The notes under the pieces were generated by a model. That model searched no databases, was not told the DNA's origin, and was given only the letters and a program-made list of their open reading frames with translations. Positions 13,563 through 26,532 of a stretch of 63,850 bases of DNA are shown here, piece by piece (position 1 is the stretch's first letter; the number at the start of each line of letters is the position of its first letter). Source of the DNA: Octopus bimaculoides (taxonomy: Eukaryota). A program made the position numbers and the translations under genes. The DNA lies in contig NC_068983.1 of NCBI RefSeq assembly GCF_001194135.2, positions 138,749,126 to 138,812,975 on the forward strand, in the 5' to 3' direction.

Positions 13563-13650
13563 TTTCCTGATGACGGGGGCATCATCTACACGGGAATTAT
13601 AAACTTCACACCTTAGCAGGACAAATGGATTCTTGAAACGGCCGTAGAAA
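13563..13650 (+). ncRNA. Decayed type-I minimal hammerhead ribozyme (Penelope pLTR type)
   Basis: CTGATGA 13567-13573; GAAA 13635-13638; palindromic stem III ACGGCCGT 13638-13645 with a GUA cleavage triplet; stem I TTTC/GAAA. Stem II is imperfect and lacks the canonical G10.1-C11.1 pair. Confidence 0.55.
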
Positions 13651-13824
13651 CACCTCTTACCTGTTATTATAACACTTTATGTATTTTTTTAGAACACTTA
13701 ATACAAATATATTTCTCTGACTTTTAAATTCCTCATTAAGGTTTCTAACTGCCGTCAATGCAAATTCTAGCTTCTGAACTTTAATTTTTAATAATGTTTT
13801 CTTACATTCTCTATGTCACTCCAG

Positions 13825-14010
13825 ACACACAAACATATACATATATATATGACGGAATTCTTTGAGTGTCCGTCTACCAATCTACTCACAAAAGTTTGGT
13901 CGGTCGAGGCTATACTAGAAGACACTTGCCCAAGGTGCCACGCAGTGGGAGAAAAGAAGGAAGCATGTGGCTGAGAAGAAAGCTTCTTACAACATAGCTA
14001 CGCTTGCGCC
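13825..14010 (-). mobile_element. SINE family A, 5' half incl. degenerate tRNA-like head
   Basis: GAGGCTATACTAGAAGACACTTGCCCAAGGTGCCACGCAGTGGGA...AAGCTTCTTAC matches the 34311 and 55104 copies. Confidence 0.8.
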
Positions 14011-14053
<43 letters not shown>

Positions 14054-15170
14054 GTGTGCGTGTGTGTGTGTGTGTGTGTGTGCGTTTGTTAAATGGAACG
14101 AAATAAATGCAAATTTACTTCGAAATAACAAAATGAACAGCTGTAAATGTTCTTGAACTACAATTAAACTATGACATTTTAACACCAATGATCAACTTCT
14201 AATTTATAGAGACACACACANNNNNNNNNNNNNNNNNNNNNNNNNNNNNNNNNNNNNNNNNNNNNNNNNNNNNNNNNNNNNNNNNNNNNNNNNNNNNNNN
14301 NNNNNNNNNNNNNNNNNNNNNNNNNNNNNNNNNNNNNNNNNNNNNNNNNNNNNNNNNNNNNNNNNNNNNNNNNNNNNNNNNNNNNNNNNNNNNNNNNNNN
14401 NNNNNNNNNNNNNNNNNNNNNNNNNNNNNNNNNNNNNNNNNNNNNNNNNNNNNNNNNNNNNNNNNNNNNNNNNNNNNNNNNNNNNNNNNNNNNNNNNNNN
14501 NNNNNNNNNNNNNNNNNNNNNNNNNNNNNNNNNNNNNNNNNNNNNNNNNNNNNNNNNNNNNNNNNNNNNNNNNNNNNNNNNNNNNNNNNNNNNNNNNNNN
14601 NNNNNNNNNNNNNNNNNNNNNNNNNNNNNNNNNNNNNNNNNNNNNNNNNNNNNNNNNNNNNNNNNNNNNNNNNNNNNNNNNNNNNNNNNNNNNNNNNNNN
14701 NNNNNNNNNNNNNNNNNNNNNNNNNNNNNNNNNNNNNNNNNNNNNNNNNNNNNNNNNNNNNNNNNNNNNNNNNNNNNNNNNNNNNNNNNNNNNNNNNNNN
14801 NNNNNNNNNNNNNNNNNNNNNNNNNNNNNNNNNNNNNNNNNNNNNNNNNNNNNNNNNNNNNNNNNNNNNNNNNNNNNNNNNNNNNNNNNNNNNNNNNNNN
14901 NNNNNNNNNNNNNNNNNNNNNNNNNNNNNNNNNNNNNNNNNNNNNNNNNNNNNNNNNNNNNNNNNNNNNNNNNNNNNNNNNNNNNNNNNNNNNNNNNNNN
15001 NNNNNNNNNNNNNNNNNNNNNNNNNNNNNNNNNNNNNNNNNNNNNNNNNNNNNNNNNNNNNNNNNNNNNNNNNNNNNNNNNNNNNNNNNNNNNNNNNNNN
15101 NNNNNNNNNNNNNNNNNNNNNNNNNNNNNNNNNNNNNNNNNNNNNNNNNNNNNNNNNNNNNNNNNNNNNN

Positions 15171-15252
<82 letters not shown>

Positions 15253-15675
15253 CATACATACATATATACATACATATATACGTGACCTGTTGATTGGACG
15301 AAGAGGTTAAATATTGAGACAAGTACTCCACACGAAACTCTCGGTTCCTATTTCTCTTACACTGCTCCGCAGCTTTTCAGCTAAATACAAGATACATGTA
15401 TGTACGCACTCACACATACTCACGCACAGACACACTCTTGCAAATACTCACATACTTACATACATACACACACACATATACTTAATGAGTTGAAGAGCGA
15501 GTGCTTTTGCGTGTGCGAATGAGAGTTAGAAGGGAGAGGACTACATATAAATATAAAGATATTAGAGAAAGACTCGATAAATAATGTTCTGGTTTTCTCC
15601 TTTCTCTCTCCCTTTATCTCCTCCCTTCGTTCCCTCTCTCTGTATATGTATACACACACACACACACACGCAGAA

Positions 15676-15707
<32 letters not shown>

Positions 15708-16389
15708 NNNNNNNNNNNNNNNNNNNNNNNNNNNNNNNNNNNNNNNNNNNNNNNNNNNNNNNNNNNNNNNNNNNNNNNNNNNNNNNNNNNNNNNNNNNNN
15801 NNNNNNNNNNNNNNNNNNNNNNNNNNNNNNNNNNNNNNNNNNNNNNNNNNNNNNNNNNNNNNNNNNNNNNNNNNNNNNNNNNNNNNNNNNNNNNNNNNNN
15901 NNNNNNNNNNNNNNNNNNNNNNNNNNNNNNNNNNNNNNNNNNNNNNNNNNNNNNNNNNNNNNNNNNNNNNNNNNNNNNNNNNNNNNNNNNNNNNNNNNNN
16001 NNNNNNCACTTTGAATCTACACCAAAGAGATAGAATATCAGCCTAAAGAAAAGCAAAAAGGATCGATATGAAAATAATCTGAGAATACCCAAATCTGTTT
16101 CAACTTACTTCGATGAATGCCCCGAGATACAGGGACAATATAATAAAAGATTTCTGAAACATTTTCTTCCAAATCTGTGCAGCTGTCATTATTGAGAATC
16201 TATCCCTTCATTAGCTACAACTCAACAAAGCCCTTTCATGCGTCTGGTGAAATTGGATAAAACTTAGATATTTTATCAATTTATATATCAGTTTATACAT
16301 CTAGAGCTCTTATGATGTTTTACAAAGGCATACACTCCATTTTACATATGCTATTGAAGAATCATTAGAGCATCAAGAATAATGACTTT

Positions 16390-16510
16390 CTACATTTATT
16401 CCGACTCTTTACATTCTGAGTTCAATTCTCACTTTGATCAGCTCCACTTTCAATCTTTTCGATATTAATAAAATAAAGTACAATATGAGTACTCAGACGT
16501 AATCGACTGT
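16390..16510 (+). mobile_element. Degenerate SINE family B fragment
   Basis: CTTTACATTCTGAGTTCAATT...AATAAAATAAAGTAC...GTAATCGACT resembles the reverse complement of 41505-41712. Confidence 0.45.
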
Positions 16511-16599
16511 CGATGTAACATAGTGTAGAAGAGCCTGAAACAGTTAAGATTAGTCTCAAACCACTTTAATAAACATTCCTTCATAAGAAATGTTAATTC

Positions 16600-19500
16600 T
16601 ACGTCCAACTGCAACCACTAGGGTCTCACCGGGGCAACACTACAAACACTACTAACATCCAGTCAATCATCCCTTTTAAATTTGTTACACAAAAAGTACG
16701 AAAAGCTATACATGAAAAACCATTTAACACCAGAAATGCACGGACAGGTGCCCTACAGATATGATGACCATCAAAATAAAAGGCCGGACGTTATTTCTCA
16801 TGTCCTTCTAAATAAAATCTAAGAGGCATAAATGGACACGTGAGGAATATATTTCACTCCTCGACGCTTATTTTACAGAAGTACTCTACCCACAGAACGA
16901 AAACACAACATATACATTAAAAAAACTGGAAGAAAAATAATGTAGATAAAGATTTGGATATCACAATGAACCCTAATAAACGAACATACGCGATATATTC
17001 TCAAAACAAAAGTAAATATCACAAAATAGAAATAGAACACCCAAAGGAAAAATGCATAAGGAAAACGTAGAAAGTTAGCACACATCAATGCCAAATAATA
17101 TCATAATCACGGGAGTGTAAGATATGAAGACAAACGTAACATATCCAACAGAAACGAAATAAACCACGAAAGACAACAAACCGAGACCGTACGAATGTAT
17201 AATGATGAACAAAATGCACCAAACCAGAACACCACACACAAAAATATGAATGCGAGGGAATGCGAAACAAATCTAAAACATGGAAACATGGAAGGTGAAG
17301 CTCAAGATTACAATACTCTAAAAATGAGTATAATCAAAGAATTGAAAGCCACGGATCTAATTATGGCCACCCATTGTACCGCCCGAAAATTAAAATAAAT
17401 TTATAATAAAACAACAACAATAATGAATAGCATGAACCTAGCCGACTCAGAACTAATAGCCACAAAGGCAAATGCTAATATGACCAGGTTAAATGATATA
17501 ATATATGCAGCAGCCTTTGTGGCCGCAAATAATGCTGGATACCCCCTAAAACGCAACCAAACAGCAATATCACCATTTAAACAAACCTTGTGGATAAATA
17601 ATATCCAGAAAAAGCATAAAATAAGAGAAAGCATCTGTCAATACTTAATGAAGATAGTAAACAACAAAACGAGAAGACAAATACTAAATACAAAATTACA
17701 GAACAAGGTATACCTGTGGTAAAAGAACTGCTAAAGCAAGATATCCTCGACTAAGCTCAAAGAATCCGCCGGTATGGTAAACGCCAACGTTTCTTTGAAG
17801 AAAACAAACAGTTCAACTCCAGCCCCAAAAGATTCTACCAAGAACTTGGCAAAAATAAAATAAAGATCAATGCAGCACCAACAGCAGTAGTGGAAAAAAT
17901 TATGGAAAGAAATATGGTCGCCGAAGCTACAACATCAGAAAATATCTATCAAAACAATGAACACAGCTCCTGAACAACCCTGGATCCCTATAACAACTGA
18001 ATTGCTCACCCAAGCACTGCAAAAACTAATCAACTGGAAAGCAACCGGGCACAACAAAATCCCCCAATTTCTGGTTAAAATATCTAACAGGAATACATAA
18101 AAAGCTGGTTGAAACATTTAATGAAATACTAGCAGTGCCAAACACAATACCTGAATGGCTCATGGAAGGGAAAACTATCCTAATTCTCAAATCCACTGAA
18201 ACAGCAAACTACAAAATTACAGACCGTTAACTTGTCTCATACAATTTACAAAACCTTTGCTGCAATAATATCGCAGAGGATGGGAAAACATCTAGAAGAA
18301 AACAGCTTCTTTTCAGAAGAGTAGAAGGGGTGCTGCAAGTGCTCATACAGCTGTAGAGATCGGCTACTGATCAATAAAGCCATAACTAAAAACAGCCGCA
18401 GAAAGAAGAAGGGTCAAAGTATGGCCTGGATCCATTACTGAAAGGCTTTTGATAGTATTTCCCACACATGGATCCTAGAAACACTTCCCATGATCAAGGT
18501 AGCACCAATAATCATAAAATATATAAACTATTCTTTGAATGAATGGCAGACAGTGCTACAGCTCCAGACAAAAGAGGGACTCATAAATACCAAAGCCATC
18601 TCCATTACAAAAGCAATATCCCAGTGAAACACAATCCTTGCATTCCTTTTCTGCTTGGCACAGACACCTTTATCTGACAGGCTAAACAGAGATGGATGTG
18701 GATACAAATGTTACGGTAAAACAATCAGTCATCTCTTGTATATGAATGATCTTAAAATGTACGCTCCAAGCGATAAACAGCTGTAAACGTTATTACAGTG
18801 AGTACATGGATTTACTAAAGAAATGAGTATGAAATTTGGCTTAGAGAAATCTGAGAAAAGAGGAAAACTAGTTAAGAATAGCAACATCACACTAGATAAA
18901 GCAAATGAAATAAAAGTATTAGACCAAAGCCAAACATACAAATACTTAGGAATCAATGAACTAGATACGATATCGCACACATAAACAAAAGCGGAGATAA
19001 AAAGGAATACTATAGGCGAGTTACATTAATACTAAAAAAAGAGCTCAATGCGAAAAGCAAGATAAAAGGTATCAACACTCTAGCCTTCCCAATTATAAGT
19101 TACAGCTATAATATTCTTAACTGGACTCTGAATGAACTAATCGAAATAGACAGAAAAAGGAGAAAAATAATAACCGAATTTAGTATGCTCAAACCAAAAT
19201 GTGATATAGAAAGACTACATATGCAACGTATCGAAGGTGGTAGAGGCCTTATACTGCTAGAAAACTATTACAAAATAACCACCATAGGACTACAAAAATA
19301 CCTACTTCAGAAGCAAGGAAAACTAATACAAATAGCCATAAATCACGAACAAAGCAAACAACTGTTTTCAGTCTTTAAGGAAGCTGACAAACACAAAACA
19401 TAGAACCTAAAAATTATGAAGAAAAAGAAGAAACATCAAAAGCTGTAAAACAAATGAAATCCAAATTAAAACTGGAGCAGCAACGGTTCATGATAAAACG

Positions 19501-20045
19501 ATGGCAAGAAAAGCCCCTTCATGTTAAATACTGGGTCAAACTAAACAGAAAAGAAATAGACAAATCAAAATCCCAATAATGTCCGAGACGCTCTGGAATC
19601 AAAGCAGAGATGAAGGATTTTTAATTGCAGCATAAGATCAAAGCTTTCCCTCCATAAATCACCAAAATTACGTAATGAAAAGAAATGCAAGTAACTGCAG
19701 AGTATGTCGTGATTTAGAAGACACAATAAATAATATTGTCTCTGGTTGCCCAGTCCTGGCTCAGAAGGAATATATTCACAGACACGACAGAGTTTGGACC
19801 TGTATACACTGGAAGCTACGCCTACCTTATGAAATAACAACCGAAAAATAATGGTGTAGACACATTCCAGAAAAGTTCACAGAAAATGAGAAAGCAACCA
19901 TTCTCTGTGATATGCCAATATACACTGATAGAGAAATGAACACCAATATTATCAGAGATCACCAAAAATGCTTTAAAAATACATAACAAACACCAGGTCT
20001 TACTATTCTGTGATACCCTTAAACCATGAACATTTCAGCACCAAC
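16600..20045 (+). mobile_element. Near full-length, decayed R4/Dong-clade non-LTR retrotransposon (Myb-like N-terminus, RT, CCHC knuckle, partly deleted RLE)
   Basis: KRHKWTREEYISLLDAYF at about 16821; RT motifs NYRPLTCL, KAFDSISHTW, HLLYMNDLKMYA (YMND 18739-18750) and YKYLGI; LKPKCDIERLHMQRIEGGRGL; CRVC..NNIVSGC at about 19696; RHD at about 19780. The 3' end matches the 13029 copy (AAATACATAACAAA..CCAG..CTTAC). Many stops. The 5' boundary is approximate. Confidence 0.9.
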
Positions 20046-20077
20046 TCGTGTATATATATGTATATATATATATATAT

Positions 20078-20774
20078 AATCAAAATAAGCAACAGGATAT
20101 CAAGTAGTGATGTACAACCGTTTCAAGCGGCTCCATTTAATTGAACAATGCAATCATTACGTCAATTTCAATGCTGTGTCATCTTCAGCTGTACAAATAA
20201 ATGGAATTTTAACCAGTAGCACATATTAATGTAATTTTTCTCAAATATTTAAACAAAGCAAGTAGATGGAAGAAATTAATGTTGTGGCTATTGTAGCTAA
20301 GAATATAGTACACTTCCAAGAATCGCATGACGCCTATCGGGTTCATAGTGTTCTAAGGAATTGTAAATTTTTTCTAATTCATTCGTCTTTTTATCAACTA
20401 CTATCTGTAAGACTAGAAGACTGTCTATTTTGAATAAAGGACAAGAGTGAATTGACAGTTTATGGCTAGGTATGGTCATAAATATTATCATATGTATCCC
20501 TATTCTTTGGGATGAAAGAAAACGTTAGGAGTAGTCAATTGGATATAACTGTATATAAAAACGGGCTGGGTAGGGGAAGACTTTAAATCATGATGTTAAT
20601 TACCGGTTTAAAGGAACAGGACGCTAAGACACCTAAGATATTAATACAGAGGGAATGTTATTTTGGATGGCACTGCATTTAAATTGAGGTAATGATTGAA
20701 TTTTTCAATTAAACGGAGCCGCTTGAATCAGTCGTACAGCATTACTTCTTGATATCCTGTTGCTTATTTTGATT
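20078..20774. repeat. About 107-bp inverted repeat pair enclosing about 480 bp (fold-back; possibly Penelope-derived or MITE-like)
   Basis: 20078-20183 (AATCAAAATAAGCAACAGGATATCAAG...TTCAAGCGGCTCC.TTTAATTGAA...) is the reverse complement of 20666-20774 with scattered mismatches. Confidence 0.85.
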
Positions 20775-20789
20775 TTATTCCCCTTACTT

Positions 20790-21362
20790 CGAGCTGTGCG
20801 GATAATACCAAGCTGACTTGGTACCTCAACTTAAGTACCTAATGTAGTACCGGGCAGTGGCGCACATGTCTTTTGATCTTAACTTATTGGAGGTGTACAT
20901 AGTTTTGCCTTTGTGTAAAAGATAGACTACAGCAAATACCCTGCTCAATATCACCGATTTGCTTGTCAATTGCATGACCATCGCCAGTTGAGCATGTCCC
21001 TTAGTGGCTGACGATATGCACATCTCTGATCACGAGCGGAAGTAGTGGGGGAGCATCATAGCCATGTGATGATAGGAAGTTTTGGGGAATTGAATAATCC
21101 ACCCTTGAAAACATAAGTATTTTCTTCATTATCCTTAAACAACACTTATTCAAGTACCATTTTCGCGGGCTCCTGAACCTGCAGAAAATTCCAACTAGGT
21201 GCCCACCTGCAAGGTCATGTGCTGTTTATCTTGATATAAGATCAGTATGTCGCGCTCATATGATTGTGATGCATGTGCCTGGTGTACCCTTATCAGAGGG
21301 GTAGTCATGATGGGTATATTGGGCTTTGTATATTTTACCCTAGTGTCACTGCTCTCTCACTC

Positions 21363-21427
<65 letters not shown>
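20790..21427 (+). mobile_element. Probable SINE-like interspersed repeat ending in a long (TAA)n tail
   Basis: A GC-richer non-coding block ends abruptly in CTCTCACTC(AAT)n at about 21362-21427. It is single-copy in this window and I see no clear A/B boxes, so the family call is an inference. Confidence 0.4.
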
Positions 21428-21429
<2 letters not shown>

Positions 21430-23107
21430 CCCATGGCTGATCTCTTCACCATCTGCCGAATCTATTTACAGACCTATGGAATTTTATATCTTCACCAAGA
21501 TGTTTCCTTTGCTCCTACTCTTCCCTTAAACACTCACATATTTTGATTATCTTAAGTACAAGACAAACGTTGAAACTAAACAACAATTAATAATACTTAT
21601 TAATAATAAATGGAAGAAACAGTAATGATGGTAATGATGGTGATAGTGGTGATAATTGTGATAATAATAATTTAGCAAAAACTCATATCGGATCAGAGGA
21701 AATATTAACAATGACAAATAGTAAAAAAATGAAAATAGAATAGTAATATTAATGATAATAATAACAATGAAGCTAGGGAAATAAGGAAAAATCCTTTGTT
21801 CGCAGAGGTACCGCTAAAAGTTATCAAAAGACAAGTATTGGAAAATAGTAGCAGAAGAAAGTATGAAAATCCAGTTCTTACTGATAAATGTAATCACATA
21901 GCAGAAAAGAGAGGTGAAATCTCTAATAAACCACAGGAAAGGAACAATGACAGCTTGCTCGATGAGAGACATATAGATGTTTTATGCATATTTCAGATAT
22001 GACAATTCTTTTCTGTTTTGTAGAATATACATTACAGAGATATATTACATATATAGTTAGCTGAATATCTCAAGCAAGTGGTATAGGATTATGTAGTAGA
22101 GTGTACTACTGATCTCTTTAAGCCTAAAGGACTTGAAATCCCGAAATTATACACATTACTGTAGAGCCAGTGGGGTGGTGCAGTATACACAATGCAAATA
22201 ACTCCTCTGATAATCCGGAGTTCCATCCACTCAACCAACCGTGGTCTCAAATATAGGTTTTGTCACAAACTAAATAATTGTTATTCTTTTTCCAACTGAC
22301 ACCTCAGCTTTATATCACGTTTACTGAAGCTTTAACAATCTCCAAGAATTTCTTATTTTAGAAACAATTTCAGAAACTCTTCGCATAATTCCAATGATTA
22401 ATAACGCGATCGGTGTCAAATCCGCCGAATATAAAATATATTTCAACACCTGTTTAGTTGTATGTTTTTAAAAATTTCTTTCTTCATTACTTCCATTTAT
22501 TCGTAAGAGGAACAATGATGACACCACATCTGCAACAATGTAACTAATATCAGTGAAAGATAGAAAAATGATGCACGATCGAAATAGAAATATGTATATG
22601 TGATACAATGAAAATAACAGAAGAAAATATCAAGAGCAAACAGCATCTACTTATAATATCACCCAGTAAATACAATCTGATCTAAGACATCCACTTTCCC
22701 TCTAACATACAGATGTATGTATATACTTTGTGCGTGCGTGCGCGTGTATACATTCCTACATACATAAGAATGTGTATTTAAACACACACACACACACACA
22801 TATGTATGTTTATATGTTTGTATGTATGTATGTATGTATGTATGTATGTATGTCCGTGTGTATGTCTGTACATAAAGGTGATAGAAAACGGATGGAAGAG
22901 AGTCACACACATAACCACGCACGCATTGTGTGTGTATCTCTATGCGCAAGTGAGTGTGCATGAGCACGAAGAGGAATACTGAGAGAAGAAAGGTAATGAA
23001 CGAAACACTAGAGAAGGGACAATTATTAATATCCACATATTTAGATACAGTTGAGTAACGTAAGGCATCATTTGGCGCACACACTTTTGCGTTTGCGAGC
23101 ACGCGAG

Positions 23108-23141
<34 letters not shown>

Positions 23142-23345
23142 NNNNNNNNNNNNNNNNNNNNNNNNNNNNNNNNNNNNNNNNNNNNNNNNNNNNNNNNNNN
23201 NNNNNNNNNNNNNNNNNNNNNNNNNNNNNNNNNNNNNNNNNNNNNNNNNNNNNNNNNNNNNNNNNNNNNNNNNNNNNNNNNNNNNNNNNNNNNNNNNNNN
23301 NNNNNNNNNNNNNNNNNNNNNNNNNNNNNNNNNNNNNNNNNNNNN

Positions 23346-23412
<67 letters not shown>

Positions 23413-24115
23413 GCGTGTATACAAATATAGAGATGTATACACCTACCCAAGCACACACGCACAGTCACATGTATACGTATATATACGTACATACGTAAAT
23501 GTATGCATAAGCGGCTATGTTGTAATGGAAACTTTTTCAAATTTATTGCCTACTACAGTCAATCCCTGAACTACGGGATACAGAAGGAAGCGTGGTATAT
23601 TTTCATGACCTTTATTAAAGCATAAAACGATAAAATGTTCCAATCACGAATAGGAGGATATCAAAGGACCGGAAAAGACAAATATTGGGGTAGGTTCATA
23701 ATGGGAAAGTGATGAGTTAAATGGGAATGAAGATATATGAAATTGAGAAGCGGAATACAGTGAAATATACCATTGATTATACTCAGGGGTACATATCAAT
23801 ATCTACATATACAACTCATACTCATATGTACATGTACACATGCACACCCATATATACGTGTATCTGTATGTATTATCGCCCCTGTACACGCAGGCATAAA
23901 TACCTTGCATACATACATACATTCACACATACACACATATATACATACACGCATACACACACATATACATATGCACGCACATATGCATACACGCACATAT
24001 GCATGCACGCATATACACACGAATATAATTAGATGGTTATGATATTCGAGTATGAGTGAGGAATTAGATAGAGATTAAGAGTTAAAATGTAGATTTTAAA
24101 GTTTATTGGGATTAC

Positions 24116-24595
24116 CTAAGAGGTATTGTGGAAATATACTATATGGTCGTTGAGGCATTTGGATGTGTGCCAGAATTTGAATGTGTGAAAAAAGCGGTGG
24201 TTGCATCTCCTTAGTGCCTCATTATGTTTATTTAGCAGTGCTGGAGAGTTGTGCTTTAACATGTGAAGTGCCTCCTCCAGACAAAGTTTGCTGGTTGAGC
24301 TTTGCCCTCGGTAGGGAAGCCCTGAGTCCAGTATGTACCATGATCGAGTATAGGATATATTTATATTTTTGAGATGATGTATGTGGTTGGCGAGCATTGT
24401 AGATTTACTATGTTTATCGTATCTAAAAGAATGGAGGTGAGTGGGATATCCTTGCTTAAAATATTTGGCTGATCCTATGTATATGGCTGTAGAGTTGTGT
24501 AATAGTTTAAGGACAGTGCATTTGTAAATTACATTATATCTCCTGCAATGGGTTTGTAACGGGCAGGTGGTTTCAGGACGGGAATTACAATTAGG
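24116..24595 (-). mobile_element. Penelope-like element 3' part: GIY-YIG endonuclease domain in an uninterrupted frame
   Basis: The frame stays open upstream of the ORF-track Met: NCNSRPETTCPLQTHCRRYNVIYKCTV..AIYIGSAKYFKQGYPTHLHSFRYDKHSKSTMLANHIHHLK..SWYILD..PY..SKLCLEE..LLNKHNEALRRCNH. This has the VIY/YIG motifs and the Cys/His pattern of PLE endonucleases. Confidence 0.85.
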
Positions 24596-26385
24596 TTAAT
24601 TTTGGGGACTGTGTTCAGGAATAGAGGAGGTAATATCGTCAGAGGTGAGCTTAGAGACGGGGAGAAAAATTCTATATTATTAGTATTATTAACGTTATCA
24701 TTATCATCATTGCTATAATTATTATTGCTGTAATTAATTGTACTATTTGTAAGGGTGGTAGAGATTGTGGTGGTGTTCCGGGTAGTGTCAGTAGAATAGA
24801 TACGATAAACATAGTAAAACAGATGTTGTTTTAAGATAACATTAACAAGCGAATTGTTTTTTCCTAGATGATATAAACGTTTGACATATTGTTAGGTACA
24901 AAAATATTAGTATCTACTCGTAAAAGACAGGCAGACAAAAATTAAAGTGTATGGTTTTAATCTAAATGAAGTTAACAGATTACTAATGGGAAGTCAAAAA
25001 ACATTTTTTGCAAATATATAACATTAAAATAGAATTTGTCAGTATAAATAAAGAATAGTAATAATTTTTTAAATAGTTTAAAAAGGAAAAAGAAGTATTT
25101 CAAGCAGTTCACCAAATGTTTTAGAAGACAGCGGTATCAGAAGTAAATTTACACAGACGCATATATTAGATTGGAAAGATAATGGATAAAGCAACAGTTT
25201 TAGAGAAAGTAATTCTGTTTCTGTCGTCAAGACAAAAATAAAAGAGTTTAGTTTTCAAAATTTCCTAGAGTAAAGAATTTATGGAGAGAATTATGGAAAA
25301 TCTGGGAGGGGGAAAGGGAGAGAAATAGATAGAGAGAATGTCTTCGTACGAATATGAAATTCAGGAGAGTGCAAAATGATAACCAACATAGCTATGTTAT
25401 TATATTCCTACAAGGTGATGTATTTGTATCTCCAAATACACAGCAGTTCGAAGAAGCCTTTCACAAAATATAAAGAAAAATTTCCTTCACTGACAACGTA
25501 AAGCTTACCAAGCATATGTTCACGACCGAAGTGTCAGTTGCAAGACTAGTATTTAAATATATCTCTGCCTACATATCTATGGCTCGGTTTTGGCAATAAA
25601 TATAATGACGCTTGATGTCACTATGAATCGAAGTATCAGCAGATGCATAGTGCAAGGGTAACGAGAGACAGCATACGTCTCGGAGAGACAAAGAGCCCAG
25701 TCCTGAAGGAATTAATGTGCAAGACGTGTGTCGATAGTGAATGAAGTGCTACAATATTTTGAGTACCAGAAACCTTTAAGCTTCAATATAGTTGGATAGT
25801 AAGTTAGCGAATCGTCTTTCTGCTTTCAAAAAGTATACGTATGTTGTAAGACGTTATTTTCTATCGGTTTTCAGTAAGCTCAAAATAAAATTAGTTTCCC
25901 TTTATTCTCTCGTGAAACCTTATCTCAATAACCTACTACATTAGAAAGACACGTATCGCTGAGCGGGCAAAGAGTAAGGTTGAAGCAATCGCATCACCTA
26001 ATACAATATTGTGTACAATGTAGATCTAGTACAGCTGCAATCCGGCACATCAAGAAGAAGTCGATGTTATAGTATAGTATTCCCTTGGGAATTTAACGAC
26101 ACAGGCATGAAATTATCGTATCAGTGTAGGGCTAGAAATGTAATAACACGTCTTCTTGTGTTTCAGGTATTTCTCCGTCCGCTTACTTGGGAGGGTTTCC
26201 TGTTTTCTGTATTATATTAATACTATAATGAGGCTCATTTTCGGAACCATGGTTTATCCTCATATTTGACATCCCGCGTCATAGTTCATTGGATATAGGA
26301 GTGGGACGTAGGATAATCTACCGAGCCTGAAGTTTGATTACTAGTGTTGCTGTACAACAAATATCGTCTCTACTATACACGCGCC

Positions 26386-26532
<147 letters not shown>

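Noticed and set aside
22140-22430. Possible GIY-YIG-like fragment (HYCRASGVVQY)
   Set aside because: The similarity is limited to a short string; not supportable without an HMM search.
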